From Octopus sinensis (taxonomy: Eukaryota): a DNA stretch of 64,000 bases. The DNA lies in contig NC_043007.1 of assembly GCF_006345805.1 (NCBI RefSeq), positions 69,316,001 through 69,380,000 of the forward strand, in the 5' to 3' direction. Below are positions 40,397 through 52,672 of this stretch, piece after piece. Position 1 is the first letter of the stretch, and each line of letters begins with the position of its first letter. The notes beneath the pieces are model-generated. The model had not been told where the DNA came from and made no database searches. It saw only the letters and a list, made by a program, of their open reading frames with translations. The translations under genes and the position numbers were made by a program.

Positions 40397-40531
40397 TATA
40401 CACATACATGCATGCATACATAAACTAGTGTGGAGGAATCCAACACTCTCCAAGCGTTAGTCATAAAGTTGTGTTGTGTGTATGTATATGCATCTTATCG
40501 CGTACATGTATATACATATATAGAGACAGAC

Positions 40532-40626
<95 letters not shown>

Positions 40627-41054
40627 AACTATTTTTTGAGGGAATATAAATCCAAACTCTACGGGGGAAAAAATTCAATTTAGAAATACTAAATCAAATT
40701 TCACACAATATAATATATATATAGAAAAAAATTAGAAAAAAACCCCACCTTTTATCAATTCAAATTGAACAATTAAATTACACCATCTAGAAAATTACAT
40801 ATAATAGAAATATTGAAATTAAAATAACTATAAAATATCAATCATTAAGTAAATTGCAAAAAAATAATAATAAAATGGTATATATATATATATATATGTT
40901 GTGTGTGTGTGTGTGTGTGTGTGTTGTGTGTGGTGTGTGTGTGTGTATAAACATACATACAGGACTGCCCTGCACAAATGATTTTTTTATAGTGATGAAA
41001 TGTTGTTCGTGCCTCGCATTAGCGCTCGCTCTCTTTCAAATCGACGTTGTCTGA

Positions 41055-41215
41055 ACAGGTGACGCAGCGTGCCACGCGTCAGGTGTCGAAGTGGTCGCAG
41101 AGTAACGTGAGATGAAGTGTTCTGCACAAGAACACAACGCACCACCCGGTCTAGGAATGGAAAACACGATCTCGAGATCGTTAGTACATCACCCTAACCA
41201 CCAAGCCATGCCCTC
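41055..41215 (-). mobile_element. SINE family C (V-SINE-like), 5' part
   Basis: Matches the head of 53274-53516. Confidence 0.65.
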
Positions 41216-41741
41216 TCACGCAATTACTCATTCAATCATTCTTCTCGCCCGTTCTCCCCCCTCTCTCTCTCTTGATATATATGTGTGTGTGCGTGTGTGT
41301 GTGTGTGTGTCTAGTATTTCTTTATCTTTTATTCATGTATTTGTTTCAGTCATTTGACTGCGGCCATGCTGGAGCACCGCTTTTAGTCGAAACAAATCGA
41401 CCCCAGCACTTATTCTTTGTAAACCTAGTACTTATTCTATCGGTCAGTATTACCGAACCGCTAAGTTACGGAGACGTAAGCACACCAGCATCGGTTGTCA
41501 AGCGATGTTGGAGGTGGGGACAAACACAGATATACAAACATATATATATATATATATATATACGACAGGCTTCTTTCAGTTTCCGTCTACCAAATCCACT
41601 CACAAGGCTTTGGCCGGCCCGAGGCTATAGTAGGAGACACTTACCCAAGGTGCCACGCTGTGGGACTGAACCTGTACCCTGTGGTTTGGTAAGCAAGCTA
41701 CTTACCACACTGCTACCTCCTGCTGCGCATACATATATATA

Positions 41742-41803
<62 letters not shown>

Positions 41804-42229
41804 GATATAAATACATATGTATATATTTATTTATACAGCCAGTCGACAAAAGGTGTTATCCTCTTCGCCCGAAGAGGATAAAATAACGGGACACTATACA
41901 AACATGCATAAACACACAGGTTCACATATACTCATACACTCACGCACATATGTAGGTGAAGAGGGTTACTTCTCAGTCAACAGAATTGCGCTGCCATCGA
42001 AGCTATCCCCTAATTCGTGTTATGTAAGTTATTTAAAGCAGTGTAATGTAAAGGCTAGTGAGAGAGAAGGGGAGGCTATATAAAAACAAACGTTAGCATG
42101 TAATAATATATCAATTGAAACTGGATCTCTGAGGGCTGTTTGTTGCTAATAGGTAATAGCTACATCTGAAACGAAGGAAATAAAGAAACGGGGGTGGGAG
42201 AGAGGGTAAAGGAGGATAAGGAGGAGAGG

Positions 42230-42545
42230 TGAGAAGAAGAAGAAGAAGAAGAAGAGAAGAAGAAGAGAAAAGAAGAAGAAGAAGAAGAAGAAGAAAAAGA
42301 AGAAGAAGAAGAAAAAGAAAAGAAGAAGAAAAGAAGAAGAAGAAGAAGAAGAAGAAAAAGAAAAAAGAAGAAGAAAAAGAAAAGAAAAAAGAAGAAGAAA
42401 AAGAGAAGAGAAGGAAAAGAAGAAGAAGAAGAAGGAGAAGAAGAAGAGAAGAAGACAAGAAGAGAAGAAGAGGAAAGAAGAAGAAAGAAGAAGAAGAAGA
42501 AGAAGAAGAAGAAGAAGAAGAAGAAGAAGAAGAAGAAGAAGATCA
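42230..42545 (+). repeat. Polypurine (GAA/AAG)n tract
   Basis: Read directly; explains the K/E/R-rich ORF 42229-42549. Confidence 0.97.
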
Positions 42546-43455
42546 GTGAAAAACCTTTAAAAACAGGAGCACCAACAATTGTAACAAGGATTTATAAGAT
42601 TGGCAGAGGGCCAGAAAATCAAGGGCTGGGGTTATTGCCAAGTGAATCAACCCCCTGTGCTTAAATGGTATTTCTGCAATGGACCCAGAAATGGTTAGAG
42701 GCAAAGTACGTGCACGGCATTTGAACTCAGAATGCAAGGCAACGCAATGTAAATATTACAACACAAAGTTTTTGGATTTTTTTTATCCGATGTGATATCG
42801 GTTATTCTAATCACCATCGTTAACCAACGGTAGAGCATCTACGTGGTGTGGTTCATTGGTTTGCTAGAAATAGTAGTCAAACACCCTTCAATCAGATCCC
42901 ATCGCCTTCTGAATGGGTGGGGGATATACATTCTTTTAATTCTTTTGTTAATCTACTGTCATTGGACTGCGTTTACACTGGAGCCTCGTCTTGAAAGGTT
43001 TGTCGATCAATTTGGCTGCACAACAAATTTAGAATAATAATAATGATTTCAAATTTTGCCGCAAGGGCGGCCATTTTGGAGGAATGGATGAGTCGCCTAC
43101 ATCAACCCCAGTGTTCAGCTGGTACTTAATTTATCGACCTCAGCAGAATTTGAACTAAGAACGTAGCGTCGTGCGAAATATCGTCAAGTATTTCGTCCAG
43201 CGTGCTGTCGATTCTGCCAGCTCGCCGCCTGAATAATAATAATCTTTTCTACTCTAGGCACAAGGTGCGAAATTTTTGGAGAAGGGCCCAATCGATTAGA
43301 TTCACTCGAGTACACAATTGGTACTCAAATTATCAAGCCTGAAAGGATGAAAGGCAAAGTCGACCTCGGAGGAATTTGAACTCAGAACATAGCGACTGGC
43401 GAAATAATGCTAAGCATTTTGTCCGGTACGCTAACGACTCGGCCAGCTCGCCGCC

Positions 43456-43537
<82 letters not shown>

Positions 43538-43711
43538 CTGGTACTTATTCAATCGGAGTCATTTTTTTAAACCGAACTGCTAACTTAAGGGGACGTAAAC
43601 AACCGAACATCGGTTGACAAGTGGGGATAAACCAACACAAAGATGCACATACACATACATATGTATGTGTCTGCATATATCCGTGTGTATGTATGAGTGT
43701 GTGTGTGTACA

Positions 43712-43783
<72 letters not shown>

Positions 43784-43921
43784 CATTTTATCGATATAGT
43801 AGGTAGACTGTTACATACCATTGAACAGATTCTGACTTCCGTGGTTATCATCCTGTTGTCTATATCAACTGCTACCCTTTTGGAGTAATAATAGACGAAG
43901 AGTAGGGGATACACGTATACG

Positions 43922-44011
<90 letters not shown>

Positions 44012-44050
44012 ATATATATATATATACTAGAGGGAGACAAGCTCGTTCCA

Positions 44051-44215
44051 ACAGTGAATCATGAGAACGCCAGATGCATTTCCACCTCCTTGTGCCTCAT
44101 CAGTGATGTGTACTCGCTTGTCACCTACCTAGGCGAAAACTGTACCCTCTGATATATAGGAAACAGTGACTTATACTTTCACTGATATTGCGGAAAGCTG
44201 CCGGGCTGAATAAAA
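44051..44215 (-). repeat. 165-bp direct repeat, copy 1, carrying a minus-strand hammerhead motif
   Basis: 10 substitutions and no indels versus 46345-46509 (~94% identity). Confidence 0.95.
44067..44109 (-). ncRNA. Minimal type I hammerhead ribozyme motif
   Basis: Minus strand: ACATCA-CTGATGA-GG-CAC-aaggag-GTG-GAA-ATGCAT-C-TGGCGT; palindromic helix III ATGCAT, AUC site, predicted cut between 44073 and 44072. Confidence 0.7.
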
Positions 44216-45546
44216 TTTCTGACTATGCAATTGAAGTAGCATGCTATTCACAATAGTACAGCATGTCTAAAAGAGATTTTTCTAGCGAACGAATACTACA
44301 GAATTATGCCTTTCAATGTGAAATATAATACATACTATTCGAATTTAATGCTGTTTCAATTTCATACACAGAGATTTCTACATAGTTTTCTCCCAAATAT
44401 TGCAGTGGGCCTTTAAAATATTCCATTTCCACGTTCACCTCAGTAAAAAAGATATTTCCAAATCCCTAAAGTCTAGTTATCCCTAAGGATGCTTTACGTT
44501 TGTGCCCATTTTAATTTTTAAATTTTAATATATAATCATTTGGGAGTGATTAAGCTGCTATTTCTAACAGTCTGAATGATCGCATAATGGTTCCTTCGCA
44601 GTAGGCAACAGAGCAATTTTATAAATCAGTAATTTTTTTTTTTTTGACAGCGAATTGGCAGAATCGTAAGAACGTAGGACATAATGTCTTATGGTATTTG
44701 TTCCAGCTCTCTCTCCCCGCTGTGAGTTCAATGCACGCCGGGGTTAGTTTTGACTTATATCGATTAAGGGTCGATAAAATAAAGTACCATTCTGTGTGGT
44801 GCTTTGGTGGAATTGCTAAAGTGTCTTTTGAAATGTTTTGTGGTGTTTGCTGTAGTCTGTTGCGTTTTTAGTTCTTGGTTGGTAGATTTAATCCGTCTCC
44901 ATATCTAACATCACCACATAGCTATACGTGTCTTTAGAGGAGACCATTCTGTAGCAAGCATTCGGGCCAGTACTCCGTTTTGAGAATAACCTAATGTGTC
45001 CTACCCTTGCTTCAGGTCGACCATCTTCAAGTATACCTATGATGAAAGACACACCGACTGTTACCATACCATCTTCTGTGTTATTGTATCTCAGACTACA
45101 CGAAACCCAAATAACCATTTTATAAAGGAGTAAGCTGTGGTCTGAGGAAGATTTAACTGTTATCTCTTGCAGGTCGAGGGCCGAGGGTCACATAGAGAGG
45201 GGCCTTCATCATCTAGTTAAACATCGAATATCTGCGTTGACAATACTATCGGATGTAATACATCGCTGGTACCGACGAGCTTCCAATTCTTTCTACATTG
45301 CATTCTTTTTCAACTTGTCCCAAATCGTCTTCTAATTGTCACACACACACAATATAATATATAATGAATTTGACAACTGCACGGTCCCTTGTTTTTTCTA
45401 AGAATCAATAAACAAATTTTTATTGATGAATGCTGATGTCTGTCAAACGGATATGAATTCAAAGAGTGCACATAGAACAGCGATAATCCAAGCAATAACG
45501 TATCCATTCGTTTTTAATTCGTTCTTATCAGATCCATCGGTCCGAC

Positions 45547-45610
45547 GGGGTAGCTTTGACTGATGAGAGACACAACGAGGTCGAAATATCGCGGTGTCTC
45601 AGAGCCTCCC
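45547..45610 (+). ncRNA. Type I hammerhead ribozyme
   Basis: Stem I GCTTTGA(45553-45559)/TCAGAGC(45599-45605) plus distal GGG/CCC; CTGATGA 45560-45566; stem II GAC/GTC (or GA/TC); GAAA 45583-45586; stem III ATATC/GGTGT; GUC site at 45596-45598. Confidence 0.8.
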
Positions 45611-46344
45611 TGTAACGGTGAATCGCGTGTGTTGTGAACACATAATGTCTAAAATGAGGCGTACTCCGGTGACGGAAAACAACAGCTATCGCCTATTCGC
45701 GTACGAATTCTCCAGAACGTATTAAGAAAGAATAGATACGTTAAAACTAGTTAAGTTTCCGGATAAAGCTAAACACATTTTTTTGTCGTTGTTTATCTCA
45801 CTTCCGTTTCCCCTATACAATAACTAACAATTCCGCAAATCCATTTGCTTCGATTTTATTTTCTTCGTGTAAATAATTAATAAAATATCTCTATTGCTAA
45901 TACTAACAATTTCTGTTTACAGGTTACCTAAATAAAGACATGACTCAATGTTTAACTAGAAGATAACAGGGTATCCTCTCTACGTGGTCGCACAACCTGT
46001 TAGTCATAGCAACTAAAACTTCCTCAAATAACACCTTAAGGAAAATAAAGGATTGTTTGGTTTCGTGTAGTCCGTGATAAACTAAGACCTAAGAAGGGAT
46101 AGTGTTGACTGGGGTATCTTCCATTATAGTTATGCATGATGAAGCCTGATCTGGAGCAAGGGTAGAGGACTCATTAGAAAATGTAGTCTTAGATTATGTC
46201 AATAGATAAACAAATATAAATGTTTGTGAAGGCTATAACATTTTTGTCCATAGAGTTGCCGGATCAGGGTTGACCTGATGCTAAACAATAACAACAGCAT
46301 CAACAACAATGACAACAACAATAGCAGCAACAACAAAGACGAAT

Positions 46345-46509
46345 ACAGTGAATCATAAGAACACCAAATGCATTTCTACCTCCTTGTGCCTCATCAATGA
46401 TGTGTACTCGCTTGTCACCTTCCTAGGCGAAAGCTGTACCCTCTGATATATAGGAAACAGTGAATTATACTTTCATTGATAATGCGGAAAGCTGCCGGGC
46501 TGAATAAAA
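46345..46509 (-). repeat. 165-bp direct repeat, copy 2, with a more decayed hammerhead (46361-46403)
   Basis: Minus strand ACATCA-TTGATGA-GGCACAAGGAGGTA-GAA-ATGCAT-T-TGGTGT; stem I is better paired than in copy 1, but the core has C3U. Confidence 0.9.
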
Positions 46510-46856
46510 GTCCTAGATGCAGTGTGTCTGATAAAAGAGGGAATGAGCAGAACTGGAACACTTTTGGTTATAGGTCTGCTGGATGGGAACTGACCTGTGG
46601 CTATATAACAACATTGCCACCACCAACACCACCGCCTCATCTGTTGTACGAAATGTGACAGTAGTTGTACAGGTGCTGAAGCTGAATGTTAAAAAGAATA
46701 GTTTAATATTCGATATGTTGTAATCGATAATCGGTGAGTTGTCAAAGCGAGGGATAGAACACCGTGTGGTAATCGTCCGGCCTTTGTGCTCTCTGAGTTC
46801 TTGACTCAATGTTACAAACCAATTTTAACATAAGGTCCTTTCGAGGTTTTGAGGAA

Positions 46857-46859
<3 letters not shown>

Positions 46860-46894
<35 letters not shown>

Positions 46895-46961
46895 AAAGAA
46901 AGAACCAAGTCAGTAATAAAAGTCAAATCTTCTGCTACTTTTCCTCCTCCCCTTCTTCTAC

Positions 46962-47000
<39 letters not shown>

Positions 47001-47101
47001 GTCATCATCATCTTCTTCTTCTTCTTCTTCTTCTTCTTCTTCTTCTTCTTCTTCTTCTTCTTCATCATCATCATCATCATCATCATCTTCATCATCTTCT
47101 T

Positions 47102-47132
<31 letters not shown>

Positions 47133-47170
47133 ATCATCATCATCATCATCTTCTTCTTCTTCTTCTTCTT
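46860..47170. repeat. (GAAA)n and alternating (CAT)n/(CTT)n microsatellites
   Basis: Read directly. Confidence 0.95.
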
Positions 47171-48005
47171 CTTCTCCTCCTCCTTCCCCCTTCCTTTTCT
47201 TTTCTTGCCTTTTCTTCTTCTTCCTTACCTTCTTATACTCACCGCTCCTTTCTCCCCCATCCCCTTATTTTTCTTCTCCGGAGAGCGTTAGGGTTAGGGT
47301 CACCACTGCACCGCTACGCCACAATCCCCACCCCCCGCCAAGAGCTGAGATCCCATTCTTTTAGACGAAGACATTCTTAATAGAATTGAGAAAGATTTTG
47401 GTAGCTATTTCTAACAGGTCGAGTAAACTCGTTGACTCGCGTGCGGCTGTGGTGCGTTTTTGTCATAAGGATAATTTTGTTGTTATTGTTGTTGTTGTTG
47501 TTGTTGCTGGTGGTGGTGGTGGTGGTGGTGGTGGTGGCGGCGGCGGCGGCGGCGGTGGTAATAGTGGTGGTGGTGGTATTTAGGGAAATGGTAATGATGG
47601 TGGAGGAGGTTGCCATAGTGATGCAGGTGTTAGTAACGAGTTAACATGACTAATTACTATTACACATCGACTTAAATATAATATAACTAGCATTAACAAT
47701 TAGCAAATAATACTAAAAGTAATTGCATTTTTCCCTCCTACTCATCAATCATCATCGTCGTCGTCGTCATCAATATCATTTTTCATCATCACCACCAACA
47801 CAACCATCACCACCACCACCACCACCACCACCACCACAACCACCTCCTCATCATCATCAATGCCGCCGTCGTCACCAGGACAACCACCACCAACAACAAT
47901 AACTCTACCGTCATCATTATCATAACTATCACCACTTCTGCCACCACTATCACCATCATCACCATCACTATCACCACTACCATTAACACTATCACCACCA
48001 CCGCC

Positions 48006-48039
<34 letters not shown>

Positions 48040-48625
48040 TCATCATCACTAACCCCGATCGTTGCCGCCCCCAAAGACGTTGTCATAATCATTATTGTAG
48101 TTACCATCGTCACGTATCACATGAAATTGTTTCTATAATGCCAAACAATGTCATTATGAATGAATTAATGGTGTTGTTTCCTCCCCCAACTCGTTGTCAA
48201 TTCATGAAATGTTTATTCATTAATCCTCTTTTAATGAACCTCCACGGTTCACTGAATTGGAACTTATCTTCAGTTTCTATGGTATTATTAAATAGATGAG
48301 AGATACATCACCCTAGGAGAGGGTACTAGTTTATCTCAGGTAATACTTCTCGCGGTGAGGTGATGAGCTGAGCAAAATGTTTAGCGGCATTTCGTTCGTC
48401 TTTACGTTCTGAGTTTAAATGCTGCTGAGGCTGACTTTGCCACTCATCCTTTCGGAATCGAAAAAAAAAATTATAATAAGTACCAGACAAGCACTAGTGT
48501 CGATGAAACCAATATTTTCCGTAGTGGGAGAATTCGAATTCAGCTTTGAATGATAAAGAATGTGATCGACAAAGTAATGGGCTTTGCAGAAGTTAAACGA
48601 ATCCTCATAATATTCCCGAGTTGTT

Positions 48626-49069
48626 AGGCGGCGAGCTGGCAGAAACGTTAGCGCACCGGGCGAAATACGTAGCCGTATTTCGTCTGCCGTTACGTTCTGA
48701 GTTCACATTCCGCCGAGGTTGACTTTGCCTTTCATCCTTTCAGGGTCGATAGATTAAGTACCAGTTACGCACTGGAGTCGATGTAATCGACTTAATCTCT
48801 TTGCCTGTCCTTGTTTGTCCCCTCTATGTTTAGGCCTTGTGGGCAATAAAGAAGAAACGTTAGCACGCCGGGCGAAATGCTTAGCAGTATTTCGCCTGTC
48901 ATTACGTAATCGACTTAATCCGTCTGTCTGTCCTTGTTTGTCTCCTCTGTGTTTAGCCCCTTGTGGGTAGTAAAGAAATAGGTATTTCGTCTGTCTTTAC
49001 GTTGTGAGTTCAAATTCCGCGGAGGTCGACTGAGCCTTTCATCCTTTCGGGTTCAACAAATTAAGTACA
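48626..49069 (+). mobile_element. SINE family A multimer (full unit plus partial units)
   Basis: Head at 48626, re-entry at GAAACGTTAGC ~48853 and at GGTAT|TTCGTC ~48985. Confidence 0.88.
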
Positions 49070-50005
49070 ATGTCATTTTTGCGATGTGTTGTCTGGCGTT
49101 GTGTTGCAATAAAATATCAGTGGATCTGTTGACTAATCTAAGCTGTTCTTTTGTAAGTTTCTGCATCATTTGGTCAAGTTGACTGCAATGTACGTCGGCC
49201 GTGATTGATGAGCCAGGTTTGGTGAAATCATAATGGATCACACCTGCGCCAGACCACCAAACACACACCATCAGATTCTTTTGATGAATTTTGCTTTCCG
49301 GGCTGTTTTGGTGGATCGACTTCGTCCAACCATTGTGCTGAACGTTTACGGTTGTTGTATTGGATCCATGTCTCATCGATTAAAAAATGACCCATATATG
49401 TGACGAGAAAGTAGCATAATGCAGGTTTCTAAGCGTAGCTGTTTCTGGTTTTCATTGTGTTCATGTGGAACCTACTTATCCAACTTTTTCACTTTACCAA
49501 TTTGAACTAGGTGAGTCAATATTGTTTGTTTGCTAACACCAAACAACAACGATAATTTACGGGCACTTTGAGATGGATCTGACTCGACGGTGGCTTTCGG
49601 TTCATCATTATCCACTTTTGATTCTGGTCGACTTCGTTGCTCATTTGTGAGGTCAAAGTTCACCAGAATGAAATTTTGAAAACCAATTTGTTACTATCTG
49701 CTATGTAATAACAGAATGAAATACTCCATTAATATTTCGAGCTGTCTGTGATATTGTATTTCCAGGAAAGAACTCATATTTAAAAACTGTACGAATTTCC
49801 GTCTTATCTATCTCTAATCAAAAATAGCAAAAAACGATTTATAAATACTTTATAAAGTGCAAAATGATGTTGACTAAAGAAATAGATGTGTCAGCTTTCT
49901 AACAAAAAAATAAAGATTTTGAAAATATTACAAGGGTAAAAATGAGCAGCTGTCAAAGTTTACTATATACCCTATACTACAAATTTCATATTTGACAACC
50001 TAACA
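49070..50005 (-). mobile_element. Mariner transposon remnant 1, 3'-truncated
   Basis: KVKKLDKWVPHE, LMVCVWWSGAGVIHY and LLQHNAR peptides; TIR-like end TTAGGTTGTCAAATATGAAA (minus strand) at ~49985-50003. Confidence 0.85.
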
Positions 50006-50013
50006 TATATGTA

Positions 50014-51047
50014 TTGGGTTGGCAACTAAGTTCCTGCCGTTTTTTTTTAATTCAAATTTTTTAAAAGGTCTAATAAAAAATAACAACTAATTAATCAATA
50101 ATATATTCACCCTTGTTGTTTACTACTTCTTCCCAACATTCAATAACATTTTCAATACCTCGTTGGTAGAAATCACCCGATTTCGACTCAACAAATTGAT
50201 CCAACCAAGTTCGCAATTCTGCATCAGTATTGAACGAAACTCCGTGCATAGCATTTGAAAGAGATCGAAAGAGGTGGAAATCCGTTGGTGCTAAATCAGG
50301 AGAGTACGGCGGGTGTGGGAGCATTTCCCAGCCATGCGTTTAAATGGCTTCCTTGATCATATTGGCGATATGAGGGGGGGGGGCGTTGTCGTGCAGCAGA
50401 AGAACTCCATGCTGCCGATTAGATCTTTTCTCTTGAATATGTAAAGAAATCGTTGCTTGTATCCATGAGTTGAGCGGTGACGAGCAAGCAAACCAGCGGA
50501 GATTGTGGCTTGTTGATTTTTGTTGTCATTTAAAGCATGCGGAACACATGCTCCATACTTCTGAACCTTTGCCATCGAGTTACGATGCTTTTCTATAGCA
50601 GTGTGGGAGCATTCCCTTTTCTCTGCCAGTTCCCTTGTCGTTTGACGAGAATTTTCGTTCAAAAGTTGGTTTAATCGCTCTTCATCGAATATAACTGGAT
50701 GGTCAGAACGAGGTGCGTCTTTGAGGTCAAAATTTCCATTTTTGAACTTGGCATACCAAGCAAGAGCGGTTCCTTTAGCTATGGCACCCTCTCCATACAC
50801 AGCACAAATGTCACGAGCAGCTTTTGCGGCCTTAGAACCTTGATTAAAAACAAAAAGGTGTCGAATATGCTCGTTTTTCTTCACTTAACATTCCATTTTA
50901 ATGACCTGAAAATAAGCCAAAAATAACTAAAATTAACTAGAAAAAAAGAAAAAACAAAATAGATTCCAAAATGATTCAAAAATAGAATTCTCGAAAAAAT
51001 AGATTCCAAAATTTAAAGAAACGGCGGGAACTTAGTTGCCAACCCAA
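50014..51047 (-). mobile_element. Mariner (DD34D) element with both TIRs and an internal deletion
   Basis: TA TSD at 50012-50013 and 51048-51049; 29-bp TIR TTGGGTTGGCAACTAAGTTCC(T/C)GCCGTTT with one mismatch; HTH region, CVPHAL, LLHDNA and HPPYSPDLAPTDFHLF; the first catalytic D region is deleted. Confidence 0.95.
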
Positions 51048-51049
51048 TA

Positions 51050-51425
51050 TATATATCATCAACATCATCATTATCATCATCATCATCCTAGTCAGGTATC
51101 GCACTATGCGATGCTGTGGTCATCACGATGTTTTGTCACCTTCTCCTGTCCTCTACTCCATGGACAGCGATGACTTTCAGCCAAGAAGTGGCTGGTCTAC
51201 CTCTTTTACGTCTGCCTTTCACCTTGCCGGTTATGATCGTTAGCTCAAGTCCCTCCCGGCGCATGACGTGGCCAAAGAACCGTAGCTTCCGCTTCGTGAT
51301 GTTTCACCGAAGCGTAATCTCGCAACCGAGATCTTCTAGTACCCAGTTGTTCGTCCTTCTCTCCGTCCACGACACTCTAAGGATTCTGCGGTAACACCAC
51401 ATTTCAAAAGCGCGCACTCATTTCT
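51050..51425 (-). mobile_element. RTE-clade LINE 3' end with (GAT)n tail
   Basis: AFEMWCYRRILRVSWTERRTN, RKLRFFGHVMRREG and GKVKGRRKRGRP peptides. Confidence 0.88.
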
Positions 51426-51437
51426 TATTCTTTTTGT

Positions 51438-51468
<31 letters not shown>

Positions 51469-51472
51469 GTGT

Positions 51473-51517
<45 letters not shown>

Positions 51518-51680
51518 TATGTATGTATGGTGTATGTATGTATGTATGTATGTATGTATGTATGTATGTATGTGTGTGTGTGTACGTATATGTATATTAG
51601 CCATATTACGACACACGGACTTCCACCGGACCATCTGCCCCTTCCTCCTTTTCCCCCCCACTCTAGATTTTTTTCTCCAT

Positions 51681-51707
51681 CCGAGGAAGAGCCATGCTCG
51701 AAACGTT
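51681..51707 (+). ncRNA. Minimal hammerhead-like motif (Penelope-type 3' end)
   Basis: CCGAGGA-A-GAGC-cat-GCTC-GAAA-CGT-T; U4C core variant; stem I poorly preserved. Confidence 0.5.
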
Positions 51708-52475
51708 ATTTCTGTATATACGTATATTTCTATATAATACGTATATTTACTGTCTACGTCTAATTGACTTTTGTTACGTTTTATTCTAGTATTCTATTTC
51801 GAATTTGCCGATATATTTATATATATTTCAAAGACTATGTGGAAAATTATTTAATACAGTTTTTAAGTATAAAGGGGATTTTTTAAAATTATTTTTTTTA
51901 AATGTTATAAAATCTTTTATCAGGATGTTACTAACCTTTTGTGGAACCAGCGTTTTTCCTACTGTGTGAGCGCTTTCAATAAAGCTTTTCAAATACACGT
52001 GTTCTTAGTTAATGTATTGGCAATATGTTTGATATTCTTTCACTAATGAACTAAAAACGACCTACGAAGGGCTAAAACCTGTTGTGTAACCATTTCGTTT
52101 ACTTATCAAAGCCTGGAGAAAATTGTATATTTATGGACAGCAGGTGTATCTTTTAGCTTATATTACAAATGAAGTTATGCAAACACATTATGTAGTCAAT
52201 TACTGTATTAATAATTAATATACACATATATATATATATATGTATATATACAGGAGAGAGGGAGAGAGAAAGAGAGAGAAAGAACGCACGCATACACATG
52301 CACATATTTCTATTTATGTCACATGTGCATATACATGCCATGTACTGTTTATACATGCATAATTACATGAATGTAAAGTTATAAACACATGTCAGAACAT
52401 GCGTTCATTGCAGTATCTTGATTTATTCATATACATATGTATACATTCATAAACCCACACATAACACATAAATAC

Positions 52476-52550
<75 letters not shown>

Positions 52551-52578
52551 ATTATATGTGTATATAAATATCTATTTA

Positions 52579-52626
<48 letters not shown>

Positions 52627-52634
52627 AATATATA

Positions 52635-52672
<38 letters not shown>

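Noticed and set aside
44104-44153. Box C/D or H/ACA snoRNA reading of the 165-bp repeat (TGATGT..CTGA; ATAGGA)
   Set aside because: Box C is imperfect, spacing is short, there is no terminal stem or terminal ACA, and the minus-strand hammerhead explains the TCATCAG motif better.
45167-46000. Rod-like fold implied by ~55-bp inverted similarity between ~45167-45222 and ~45944-46000
   Set aside because: Both segments look like copies of a dispersed repeat also seen near 42836 and 56810, and the intervening sequence pairs poorly, so a viroid-like rod is not supported.
44051-46509. Interpretation as an LTR retrotransposon
   Set aside because: No PBS, polypurine tract, matching TSD or gag/pol remnant; TG..CA ends are ambiguous.
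47288-47299. (TTAGGG)2 telomere-like repeat
   Set aside because: Only two units, expected by chance.
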